DNA of 63,450 nt. Source: an uncultured Candidatus Saccharibacteria bacterium (GTDB lineage: Bacteria; Patescibacteriota; Minisyncoccia; Spechtbacterales; HO2-43-30). Positions 36,648 through 45,238 of the stretch are shown piece by piece (the stretch's first letter is position 1; every line of letters starts with the position of its first letter). The stretch covers positions 1 through 63,450 of the forward strand of contig CAYJWU010000001.1 in the NCBI GenBank assembly GCA_964374025.1, given 5' to 3'. Made by a program: the position numbers and the translations under genes. The notes beneath the pieces are model-generated. The model saw only the letters and a list, made by a program, of their open reading frames with translations. It made no database searches and was not told the origin of the DNA.

Positions 36648-37793
36648 TTAAGATAATATTTCTTTTACTGAATGAATTACGTAGTTAACATCCCCTTTCG
36701 TCATTTTAGGATACAATGGGAGCGAAACTATTCTTCTGAATATTCCTTCCGTTATGGGCAAAATGCCCCGCTTATAACCGAATTTCTTTCGGTAAAAAGA
36801 TTGCATGTGCAGGGGTATAAAATGCACGCTTGCGGCTATGTTTTTCTTTGCGAGTTTTTCTATGAATAAATCTCGCGCAAAGCCTTCAACTAATATGGGG
36901 TATAAATGATATGCGTGCCTTGATAGGGCTTCTGTACTAAAAATTTTTATGCGCTTCAGGTCTTTCAGGCCATCCGTATACAGACTCGCGTATTCATTTC
37001 TTATTTTCATAAACTTATCTGCTTTTTTCAATTGACAAATACCGAGAGCCGCTTGGATATCAAACATATTGTACTTCCAACCCGCATATTCTATATCATA
37101 TCGCCAAGACCCGCCTTTAGAATATCTCTTCCAGGCATCTTTTGAAATTCCGTGCAGTCTGTTTTTTATTACGAAATCGGCAATGCTCCTGTTATTCGTT
37201 GTAAGCATCCCGCCTTCTCCCGTAGTAATGCACTTCGTAGGATAAAAACTAAAACAGGTTGTGTTGCCAAATGAACCAATCTTTTTCCCCCTATACTCAC
37301 TCCCTAGGGCATGAGCCGCGTCTTCGATAATAATGAGTTTCTTATTTTTTGCGATTTCATTAACTGCCTCAATATCATAGGGATTCCCGCCGTAATGAAC
37401 AGGGACAATAGCTTTTGTATTTCTCGTGATAGCGCCTTTTATTTTCTCGGGATCAATGTTTAATGTATCTTCCCTTATGTCGACAAATATAGGTTTTGCC
37501 CCTACGTTAACAACCATATTTGCGCAGGAAGCAAAAGTAAAAGAAGGCATTATCACCTCGTCTCCCGGACCTACGCCATGGGCAAGAAGAGCCAAATGTA
37601 GCGAGGCGGTACAGGATGTCAGCCCAATCGCGTATTTCACTCCGATGTATGACGCGAAATCCTTTTCAAATTGACGGGTCTTCGGGCCAGTAGATAGCCA
37701 CCCCGATCTAAGAATTGCTACTACCTCATTTATTTCATCCCTTTCAATTGTTGGCAGACAAAATGGCATAAATTTTTCATGCGCTTTATCCAT
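36648..37793 (-). CDS. DegT/DnrJ/EryC1-family PLP aminotransferase (PseC/LegC/SpsC-like)
   Basis: SCTASLHLAL, DAAHALG, SFYPTKCITTGEGG (PLP lysine context). Confidence 0.9.
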   Translation of the reverse strand: MDKAHEKFMPFCLPTIERDEINEVVAILRSGWLSTGPKTRQFEKDFASYIGVKYAIGLTSCTASLHLALLAHGVGPGDEVIMPSFTFASCANMVVNVGAKPIFVDIREDTLNIDPEKIKGAITRNTKAIVPVHYGGNPYDIEAVNEIAKNKKLIIIEDAAHALGSEYRGKKIGSFGNTTCFSFYPTKCITTGEGGMLTTNNRSIADFVIKNRLHGISKDAWKRYSKGGSWRYDIEYAGWKYNMFDIQAALGICQLKKADKFMKIRNEYASLYTDGLKDLKRIKIFSTEALSRHAYHLYPILVEGFARDLFIEKLAKKNIAASVHFIPLHMQSFYRKKFGYKRGILPITEGIFRRIVSLPLYPKMTKGDVNYVIHSVKEILS

Positions 37794-37796
37794 GGG

Positions 37797-38495
37797 TTAT
37801 CGCGAATTATTACGCAAAAATTCAATAATTTTTTCCAGTATAATTTCTCCTCTGTTATCACGGAAAAATACTGACTCTATTTTTTTAAACATTTGATAAT
37901 CCTCCTCTGTGTCTAATGTTAAACGAATGCCATCCGCGTTATACGACTTCAGGGGCGCTACATCCTTCTGCTTAAATAGTTCGGAATGTTTGTAGAAATA
38001 TGGAGTCACATGTTCGCGTTCGTAATCTAGTTTTGCGTCATGATGCGCGGCTTCAAGCGCGTGGAATGTAAATACCTCCGATCCGGTTCCCACGGGCATC
38101 CCGCTTCTATGGTTGCTCACGTAGTCTAAATTTTCATTTATCAAAATATCAACCAATCTGCTCATCTCTATCATATCTGTAAATATGTTATCGGAAGTAA
38201 CTCTGCCTATAATTTCGCTTGCAAATCTCCTCGCAGCTTCATAATATCGCCCAAGCACGTCCTGCTCGCTCCCTCGCGAATATATATATAATCTCTTTTT
38301 GCATAGTTCTTCTATGGCATCATCCTTCGGGTTAATAGTGGTCGCGACTATAACATTTCCCACGCGGCTGGAAGCCCTTGCGGATTCTACAATATACTCA
38401 AGTACTGATACTCCCGCAAATGGCAAGAGGACTTTCCCCGGCAAACGCGTTGATCCCATCCTTGCCTGTATAATAATATCTATGGCTCGTTTCAT
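37797..38495 (-). CDS. cytidylyltransferase of the SpsF / acylneuraminate cytidylyltransferase family
   Basis: IIIQARMGSTRLPGKVL N-terminus. Confidence 0.75.
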   Translation of the reverse strand: MKRAIDIIIQARMGSTRLPGKVLLPFAGVSVLEYIVESARASSRVGNVIVATTINPKDDAIEELCKKRLYIYSRGSEQDVLGRYYEAARRFASEIIGRVTSDNIFTDMIEMSRLVDILINENLDYVSNHRSGMPVGTGSEVFTFHALEAAHHDAKLDYEREHVTPYFYKHSELFKQKDVAPLKSYNADGIRLTLDTEEDYQMFKKIESVFFRDNRGEIILEKIIEFLRNNSR

Positions 38496-38508
38496 TTCTT
38501 CAAACTAA

Positions 38509-38760
38509 CTACCAATCCCTTATTTTATCACTAATGCTCTTCTTCATGCCGCGGTACCAATGTATCGCCCTTTTCTCAACCGCTGGAGATATAACCCTAA
38601 GCAATTCACGGCCCAAAAAACGATACTGCCCGCCAACTTTATTCGCGCGTATTATGCCCTTCTTTATCATACGCTTCATAGTGCTGCTGCTTACCTTAAG
38701 CAACATCTGTGTTTCCTTCGTGGTATATACTGCGTTTGGCTTTATCTCTTGATCTATCAT
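38509..38760 (-). CDS. excisionase/MerR-type helix-turn-helix DNA-binding protein
   Basis: YTTKETQMLLKVSSSTMKRMIKKGIIRANKVGGQYRF. ATG at 38760 is preferred over the TTG at 38790. First gene of the minus-strand sugar operon. Confidence 0.65.
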   Translation of the reverse strand: MIDQEIKPNAVYTTKETQMLLKVSSSTMKRMIKKGIIRANKVGGQYRFLGRELLRVISPAVEKRAIHWYRGMKKSISDKIRDW

Positions 38761-38866
38761 ATATAAATAAACTATACTAAATAGTACCAAAAGGTGTCAA
38801 TGAGTATCGCGGCTATTGCGCTATATAACAATATCTTGTTATCATATTCTCAATTACTTCTTGCAC

Positions 38867-38895
38867 TTGACTTCTATACCGAGAGGACCAATAAT
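38867..38895 (+). promoter_or_regulatory. candidate promoter TTGACT-17 nt-AATAAT for the + strand block
   Basis: Read directly. A second -10-like TAGTAT ends 6 nt before the ATG at 38911. There is no SD. Confidence 0.3.
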
Positions 38896-38910
38896 CAATA
38901 GTATCAAAGT

Positions 38911-39669
38911 ATGATTCCACTTAAAGAGGCTCTACTAAAAAATAAACTCTCCGTCGGCTCCTGGATTACCCTCGGTCATCCCGCGATAGCCGAAATGATG
39001 GCTAAGGCCGGTTTTGATTGGCTGACAATAGATATGGAGCATAGCGCGATTGATTTAGGCGATGCGCAAATACTTATGCAGGTTATTGAGCTCTCCGGCT
39101 GCACGCCTCTCGTCAGGGTTGGCGAAAACGACTCTTACTTGATAAAACGCGTGATGGATGCCGGAGCAAAGGGTGTCATCGTGCCAATGGTAAACAGCAA
39201 AGAGGAAGCTATAAAGGCCGTGGAGGCAGTAAAATATCCGCCCTTCGGGAAAAGGGGGGTGGGGCTGGGCAGGGCCCAAGGATATGGCCTGGAGTTTGAA
39301 AAATACAAAAAGTGGGCCGCGAAGGAAAGTGTTGTGATTGTCCAAGTTGAACATATTGAAGCAGTAAGAAACCTGGAGGCGATCCTCGCCGTAAAGGGCG
39401 TAGATGGCTTTATTGTCGGCCCGTATGATCTTTCGGGATCCTTGGGCGTTCCGGGTGAATTTGATAATCCCCAAGTCAAATCTGCCCTAGATCGCGTAAT
39501 AAAAATCGCGAAAAAGATGGGTAAAACAGCCGGTTTTCATGTAGTCTCTCCTGACCCAGAGCTTTTTAAGCGCAAGTTTGCCGAAGGATATCGGTTTCTC
39601 GCTTTTGGATTAGATACTCTCTTTTTAGGGGAATGCCTAAGGGAACGAATATCTAAAATTAAAAAATAG
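38911..39669 (+). CDS. HpcH/HpaI-family class II pyruvate aldolase (GarL/YfaU-like)
   Basis: GSWITLGHPAIAEMMAKAGFDWLTIDMEHS, VRV..ND, QVEH, FIGPYDLS. Confidence 0.8.
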   Translation: MIPLKEALLKNKLSVGSWITLGHPAIAEMMAKAGFDWLTIDMEHSAIDLGDAQILMQVIELSGCTPLVRVGENDSYLIKRVMDAGAKGVIVPMVNSKEEAIKAVEAVKYPPFGKRGVGLGRAQGYGLEFEKYKKWAAKESVVIVQVEHIEAVRNLEAILAVKGVDGFIVGPYDLSGSLGVPGEFDNPQVKSALDRVIKIAKKMGKTAGFHVVSPDPELFKRKFAEGYRFLAFGLDTLFLGECLRERISKIKK

Positions 39670-39670
39670 C

Positions 39671-40459
39671 ATGAAAAATCCAAAAAAGAAACTTAGAGTC
39701 ATCGGCATTATACCCGCGAGAATGGGATCAAGCAGATTCCCGGGAAAACCTTTGGCAAAAATTCTCGGCGTTCCCATGGTTGGGCATGTGTATTTTCGCT
39801 GTAAAATGGCCAAATCTCTTGACGAGGTTTATATCGCCACTTGTGATAAAGAAATAATGGACTACGCGTCATCTATCGGGGCCAAGGCAGTGATGACTAA
39901 AGACACCCACGAGCGCGCTTCAGACAGATCTGCCGAAGCAATGCTTAAAATTGAGAAAGGGCTGAAGCAAAAACAGGATATCGTTGTAATGATTCAGGGC
40001 GACGAACCCATGGTGCACCCCAAAATGATAGATGCTTCAGTAAAACCCCTTCTCAAAGACTCTTCCGTTCTTGTAAGCAATCTCACCGAGCCAATCGAAA
40101 GCCAAGAGGAACATGAAGATCCAAACTGCATAAAAGTGGTTTTGGATAAAAGGAACTTCGCGGTATATATGTCCCGCGAGCCGATCCCTACTCGTAAAAA
40201 GGGCGCGACTGGATTTCCAATGTGGAAACAGGTTTGCATAATCCCCTTTCGGCGCGACTTTTTGCTTAAATTTAATCAGTTAAAGCCCACTCCCCTTGAA
40301 ATTGCGGAATCAATTGATATGCTGCGCGTTTTGGAACATGGCTATAAAGTGAAGATGGCGCCCACTCCCTTTCAAACCCATAGTGTTGATACAAGAGAAG
40401 ATTTGGAACTGGTTCAAAGATTAATGGCTAACGACCCCCTAATAGTCAAATATTCATGA
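39671..40459 (+). CDS. KdsB-family cytidylyltransferase (CMP-ulosonic acid synthetase-like)
   Basis: VIGIIPARMGSSRFPGKPLAKILGVPMVGHV; IQGDEPM. Confidence 0.8.
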   Translation: MKNPKKKLRVIGIIPARMGSSRFPGKPLAKILGVPMVGHVYFRCKMAKSLDEVYIATCDKEIMDYASSIGAKAVMTKDTHERASDRSAEAMLKIEKGLKQKQDIVVMIQGDEPMVHPKMIDASVKPLLKDSSVLVSNLTEPIESQEEHEDPNCIKVVLDKRNFAVYMSREPIPTRKKGATGFPMWKQVCIIPFRRDFLLKFNQLKPTPLEIAESIDMLRVLEHGYKVKMAPTPFQTHSVDTREDLELVQRLMANDPLIVKYS

Positions 40460-41358
40460 AAATAGTTATATCCACAACCACATTTGGAGAATTCGATCAG
40501 AGCCCAGTAAAGATGCTAGAAAACGCCAGCGTAGATTTCACGCTCAATCCATACCGACGCAAATTAACCAGCGAAGAAGTAGTGGATTTCGCCAAAGACG
40601 CAGCGGGAATTATTGCCGGCACCGAATCGTTAAATGGCGACGTTCTACGACAACTCAAGGGCCTCAAAGTTATCTCCCGTTGCGGAGCAGGAGTTGATAA
40701 TGTGGACTTTAAGACCGCGGGTGAGCTTGGAATAAACGTCTATAGCACTCCCTACGGCCCAACAAGAGCAGTGGCTGAATTAACCGTTGGTTTAATGCTT
40801 GATTGCTTGAGGGGTATCTCACAAAGCGATAGATCTATCCGGAGGGGTGAGTGGCAAAAGCCCATGGGCTGGCTGTTGGAGGGGAAGACCGTGGGCATAG
40901 TTGGCTTCGGGAGAATCGGCAAAACAGTCTGCCGGCTGCTTCAGCCCTGGGGGGTAAAAATTATAGCGTATGATATTGTCCCGCCGCTGGATAACTTAGG
41001 AGCAACAATAGTAACTCTTGGAAATTTAATAACGAACTCGGACATTATCACGCTTCATACGCCGAGTGACGCCGGCTGTATTATCAATGCTTCTTCTATC
41101 GCTAAAATGAAAGACGGGGCCATTGTTATCAATGCCTCTCGCGGAGATTTGGTTGATGAAAACGCCCTCTATGACGCAATAACATCAAAAAAACTAGCCG
41201 GCGCGGGCATTGATACCCCCTCGGAAGAGCCATATGTTGGAAAATTAAGAGAGTTGGAAAACATAATTCTCACATCGCACATTGGTTCTTACGCGAAAGA
41301 AGCCCGCGTTCTAATGGAAAAGCAGGCAGTGGAGAACCTGCTTAATGGGTTAGCATAA
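40456..41358 (+). CDS. D-isomer-specific 2-hydroxyacid dehydrogenase (PGDH/glycerate dehydrogenase-like)
   Basis: GKTVGIVGFGRIGKTV, ASRGDLVDE, TSHIGS. Confidence 0.85.
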   Translation: MKIVISTTTFGEFDQSPVKMLENASVDFTLNPYRRKLTSEEVVDFAKDAAGIIAGTESLNGDVLRQLKGLKVISRCGAGVDNVDFKTAGELGINVYSTPYGPTRAVAELTVGLMLDCLRGISQSDRSIRRGEWQKPMGWLLEGKTVGIVGFGRIGKTVCRLLQPWGVKIIAYDIVPPLDNLGATIVTLGNLITNSDIITLHTPSDAGCIINASSIAKMKDGAIVINASRGDLVDENALYDAITSKKLAGAGIDTPSEEPYVGKLRELENIILTSHIGSYAKEARVLMEKQAVENLLNGLA

Positions 41359-41370
41359 GCCCTATCGCTA

Positions 41371-42327
41371 ATGGACATCTTTATAAATAGAGAGTTTGAC
41401 AAATATTACGCGCATTCTCCTATCGTGCATCTCGACATTGGCGCCAGCGGTGGCCTGCAAAAAAATTGGCGTGGGGCTCGAAGGCATTTAATTAAAATTT
41501 TCGTAGAGCCAGACGAACATACTTTCAATAACCTATCAAAAAACGCTGACGAGGGGACAATACTAATCAGTACTCCACTGTACAGCGAGAGAAAATTCAT
41601 AGATTTTTATATATGCAGGAAACAAGAGGTTTCGTCTATATATTTTCCAAACAGAGAGTTTTTGAATCAGTTTCCCGACCCCCAACGTTTTGATGTCATA
41701 GATACAACCAAATTAGAAGCTGACACCTTGGATAATGTTCTTAAAAAATACAATACCCCGGATAAAAAATATGTAATTGATTTCATAAAGGTTGACACGC
41801 AAGGCAGTGAGCTTGATATTATCCGGGGCGCGACAGAAACAATCAAAAATGGCGTTATGGGATTAGAGGTTGAAGTTGAATTTGCGGAAATATACAAGGG
41901 CCAGCACTTTTTTGAAGACGTGAATACTTTTCTTCGAGAACATGGTTTTGTTTTTTTTGACTTTACGCAAACAACGCATTGGCGAAAAAAGAAATTTTTT
42001 GGAAGCGGACAGCTCGTATCCGCGGACGCTCTTTATTTTAAAAAACTAGATTTATTCATCAACGAGATGAATCGCCTGCCTATTTTGACAAAAAAAATCG
42101 GGGTGCTTAAGTATATGAGCTTATGCCATTTATACAAAAATTTCGACCACGCGAATACTTTATTTAGAACATTCTCGGATCTATTTACCGAGCGGGAGGA
42201 GAGGGCTATTAATTTACTGTATCAAAAGCATTATTTAATATCCCTCGCGCGAAATCCTTCGCGCTTTTTAAAAACGCCAGGAAAAATATACAAATTATTT
42301 CGTAATTTAAAAAATAATGAGTCCTAA
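41371..42327 (+). CDS. FkbM-family methyltransferase
   Basis: HLDIGASGG and IKVDTQGSELDIIRGA. Confidence 0.75.
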   Translation: MDIFINREFDKYYAHSPIVHLDIGASGGLQKNWRGARRHLIKIFVEPDEHTFNNLSKNADEGTILISTPLYSERKFIDFYICRKQEVSSIYFPNREFLNQFPDPQRFDVIDTTKLEADTLDNVLKKYNTPDKKYVIDFIKVDTQGSELDIIRGATETIKNGVMGLEVEVEFAEIYKGQHFFEDVNTFLREHGFVFFDFTQTTHWRKKKFFGSGQLVSADALYFKKLDLFINEMNRLPILTKKIGVLKYMSLCHLYKNFDHANTLFRTFSDLFTEREERAINLLYQKHYLISLARNPSRFLKTPGKIYKLFRNLKNNES

Positions 42328-42967
42328 TCGAAAAATCGAAACGATTATCTTTGATTTTGACGGGGTAATTGTGGAATCCATGGGCATTAAAGAAAATGCC
42401 TTTATTTCTTTATTTAAAAGTTACCCGGATCATCTGGAAAAAATCGTAGCCCTGCACAGGGCGCATGGAGGACTCTCCCGCTTTGAAAAATTCAAAATTA
42501 TTTATAAAGATATTCTTGGCCTCCCATACAGCGAAGAAATAGAAAGGGAACTTGGGAATAAATTTGCGAAGTACGTTTACGAAGAAGTTGTGCGATGTCC
42601 GTTTGTGGCCGGCGCCAAAGAGTTTTTAGAAAAATATCATAAAGAACTATCCTTTTTCATAGTTTCCGGCACCCCAGAAGTAGAGATGCGCAACATCACA
42701 AGGGCTCGCGGACTCGACAAATACTTTATTGGGGTTTTTGGTTCTCCGGAAAAAAAAGGCGCGATATGCCAGAAAATTTTGCGCTCGCGTAGGTTATCGC
42801 GCGATACCGTCATAATGGTTGGCGATTCAATTGACGACTATGATGGCGCAAAGGAAGCTCAAATTAAATTTATCGGCAGAATAACCGACAAAAACACTTT
42901 TGCGGGCTTGAGTATAGAGGGAACAATTCATGATTTTTTTGAATTAGAAAAATATCTTGGCAACTAA
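42317..42967 (+). CDS. HAD-superfamily phosphatase
   Basis: IIFDFDGVIVES (DxD nucleophile motif); VGDSIDDYDGA. Confidence 0.8.
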   Translation: MSPNRKIETIIFDFDGVIVESMGIKENAFISLFKSYPDHLEKIVALHRAHGGLSRFEKFKIIYKDILGLPYSEEIERELGNKFAKYVYEEVVRCPFVAGAKEFLEKYHKELSFFIVSGTPEVEMRNITRARGLDKYFIGVFGSPEKKGAICQKILRSRRLSRDTVIMVGDSIDDYDGAKEAQIKFIGRITDKNTFAGLSIEGTIHDFFELEKYLGN

Positions 42968-44396
42968 ACTTACATCCTACGAAACAGCTTTGGCACTATA
43001 CGGACTGATTTTTTCCCAGCTTAAAAGGAAGGAACAGCGTTATTTCTTGGGAACCATAAAGCACGATTTTGTGTTTTTTATTTTTGCTCTAATCGTAAAC
43101 GGCACGCGCCGGGACAATGGAAATTTTCAATCGAAAAGCAGAATAATTCCAAGAAACTTTAATGAATGGCATTTTGGCAAAAGGCGCATTACTTTTGATA
43201 ACACTGCCCCAAACGAAAGCAATTCCTCTCTCTGGAACAGAGATCGCGACTATTTTTTAAACAATACCAGCGCAAGGAAAAATACGGACGGAATTGCTGT
43301 TTTAACCTACGGGATAGATTTAGAAAAATCTTTTGAACTTGAGAACCTAACAAAGGAAAGGGAGATTAAGGCGATAGTTGATTGGAAGGGCGACCTCAAA
43401 CACGCAAATATCAATGGCGCTATGGTGGTTAAAAAATCTCTCATTTCAAACATAAAATCACTTCCCTACTTTTTAGAAAACCTTGCCGCTTTGGCTCCTA
43501 TTTATCGCGGCCTTGCGAAAAACTGCGGCCTCCGCTGCTCTCTTCCGGCTTTTTTGAGATACTTTATTTACTATGCTTTTGCTTCCGCGCGCATTCGTTC
43601 GATTATAAGCCGTCTGTCCAAGGACAACCGTATCGGAAAAGTTATGCTTTCCGATTTAGATAACGTAGTTGGCAATTCGTTTTCATTATGGAGCCAATTT
43701 TACGGATTTTCGCAGATTGTCTATCCGCACGGCTCTCCTGTTTTTCTTAATAAAAACCGATATTTTGAGCCGGACGAATACTACATCTGGACGACATATC
43801 AGAAAACATACGCGAAGGAAACCCAAAACAGCAGAACTAAATTTATACCTTTTCCCCCGAAGTGGCTTCAAAAGTTTTCGATAAAACAAAAAGAAGAGGT
43901 TAGGAAAATCACTATCGTCACGGCCATGGAAGAGAATTTAGAAATCCCCTTCGGGAATAAGGAGAAGCTGATTGACTATATTGAGGAAATTTGCGAATTC
44001 GCGCTTGAAAGAAATATTCTAGTCAATATAAAATCGCATAAGCTCTTGGATTGGCATGACGAATATGATAAATTATGCGCGCGATATAAAAATTTAACGC
44101 ATGTCAAAAGTCGCTGGAATATAGAGGAGATCACAGAAACTGACATTGGCGTCTTAATGAATACGAGCTCCACGCTTAGCCTACAGCTTCTTTATTGCGG
44201 AATTCCGGTAATAACCTGCGAGGAATCAATGTCCGAAATTGTACCGAAGCATTTTTCGGCCCCGCGCTTACAATTTATAGTCAAAAATAAAATAGAGCTA
44301 CTCAAGATTTTGGAACAATTGACTTCCGACAAGGAGTTCTACAAAAAAGCCCAAACCCAAGCCCTTGAAACTTTCCGCTCAATTTTCGCTACCTAA
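42957..44396 (+). CDS. uncharacterised GT-B-like transferase (TagF/KpsS/sialyltransferase-like C-terminal half)
   Basis: VYPHGSP, IKSHKLLD, GVLMNTSSTLSLQLLYCGIPVI. TTG start, so the start is uncertain. Confidence 0.4.
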   Translation: MATKLTSYETALALYGLIFSQLKRKEQRYFLGTIKHDFVFFIFALIVNGTRRDNGNFQSKSRIIPRNFNEWHFGKRRITFDNTAPNESNSSLWNRDRDYFLNNTSARKNTDGIAVLTYGIDLEKSFELENLTKEREIKAIVDWKGDLKHANINGAMVVKKSLISNIKSLPYFLENLAALAPIYRGLAKNCGLRCSLPAFLRYFIYYAFASARIRSIISRLSKDNRIGKVMLSDLDNVVGNSFSLWSQFYGFSQIVYPHGSPVFLNKNRYFEPDEYYIWTTYQKTYAKETQNSRTKFIPFPPKWLQKFSIKQKEEVRKITIVTAMEENLEIPFGNKEKLIDYIEEICEFALERNILVNIKSHKLLDWHDEYDKLCARYKNLTHVKSRWNIEEITETDIGVLMNTSSTLSLQLLYCGIPVITCEESMSEIVPKHFSAPRLQFIVKNKIELLKILEQLTSDKEFYKKAQTQALETFRSIFAT

Positions 44397-44401
44397 CTTC
44401 C

Positions 44402-45238
44402 ATGAAAAAAATCTATCTATTTCTTGAGCCCCTATTAATATTCGTTGTTAAGAAAATCCCGGTTAAGCTGCTTCTGCGAATAAAGCAAAATACCCATTTG
44501 GTGAAGAAAATGGACTACTCCCGCCATGATATCTTCCTAAATATAGACTCAACATTTGAAAATCATGCTCGCCCCATTTCATGCGCGAGCGAACCCGAAA
44601 CGGTGCGATGGATAGAAACATTTTTCAGGAGCGGCGAAGTTTTTTACGATATAGGCGCGAATGTAGGCGCGTATTCGTTTGTCGCGGCAAAATTTTTCAA
44701 CGGAAATATAAAAGTATACGCGTTTGAACCGGCTTTCATGACCTATGCTCAACTTTGCAGAAATATTCTCTTAAATAACTGCGAAGATTGCATTACTCCC
44801 CTACCAATTGCTCTCGCCGATAAAACCGCTATAAATACTTTCAACTACCATAACCTCGCTACCGGCAGCTCAATCCACGCGCTTGGCGAAGCCATAGATG
44901 ATAGGGGCAGGCCTTTTGAGCCCCTAGCCAAACAACGGGTTCTCGCGTTCAGCATTGATGACCTAATTAGGCAATTTAATATGCCGATCCCAAATCACAT
45001 CAAGATTGACGTTGACGGCATTGAGCTTGCGATATTAAAAGGCGCGGAAACGACCCTAGAAAGTCCTCTCGTCAGGAGCATACTCTTGGAATTACAAAAG
45101 GGGGACTCGGAAACAAACGCGGCCGTTCAATTCTTGAGGAGCAAGGGGTTTGAATTTCACTCCAAGCATCAGGACCGAAACTACATTTTTGTAAAAAAGT
45201 ATGCAAAAAACCTGCCACATTTACCAAAAACGCGCTGA
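44402..45238 (+). CDS. FkbM-family methyltransferase
   Basis: FYDIGANVGAYS, VYAFEP, IKIDVDGIELAILKGA. Confidence 0.8.
   Translation: MKKIYLFLEPLLIFVVKKIPVKLLLRIKQNTHLVKKMDYSRHDIFLNIDSTFENHARPISCASEPETVRWIETFFRSGEVFYDIGANVGAYSFVAAKFFNGNIKVYAFEPAFMTYAQLCRNILLNNCEDCITPLPIALADKTAINTFNYHNLATGSSIHALGEAIDDRGRPFEPLAKQRVLAFSIDDLIRQFNMPIPNHIKIDVDGIELAILKGAETTLESPLVRSILLELQKGDSETNAAVQFLRSKGFEFHSKHQDRNYIFVKKYAKNLPHLPKTR

Noticed and set aside
38509-38790. HTH protein as the excisionase of an integrated element
   Set aside because: No integrase, att-like repeats or phage genes are in the vicinity. It is operonic with sugar genes.
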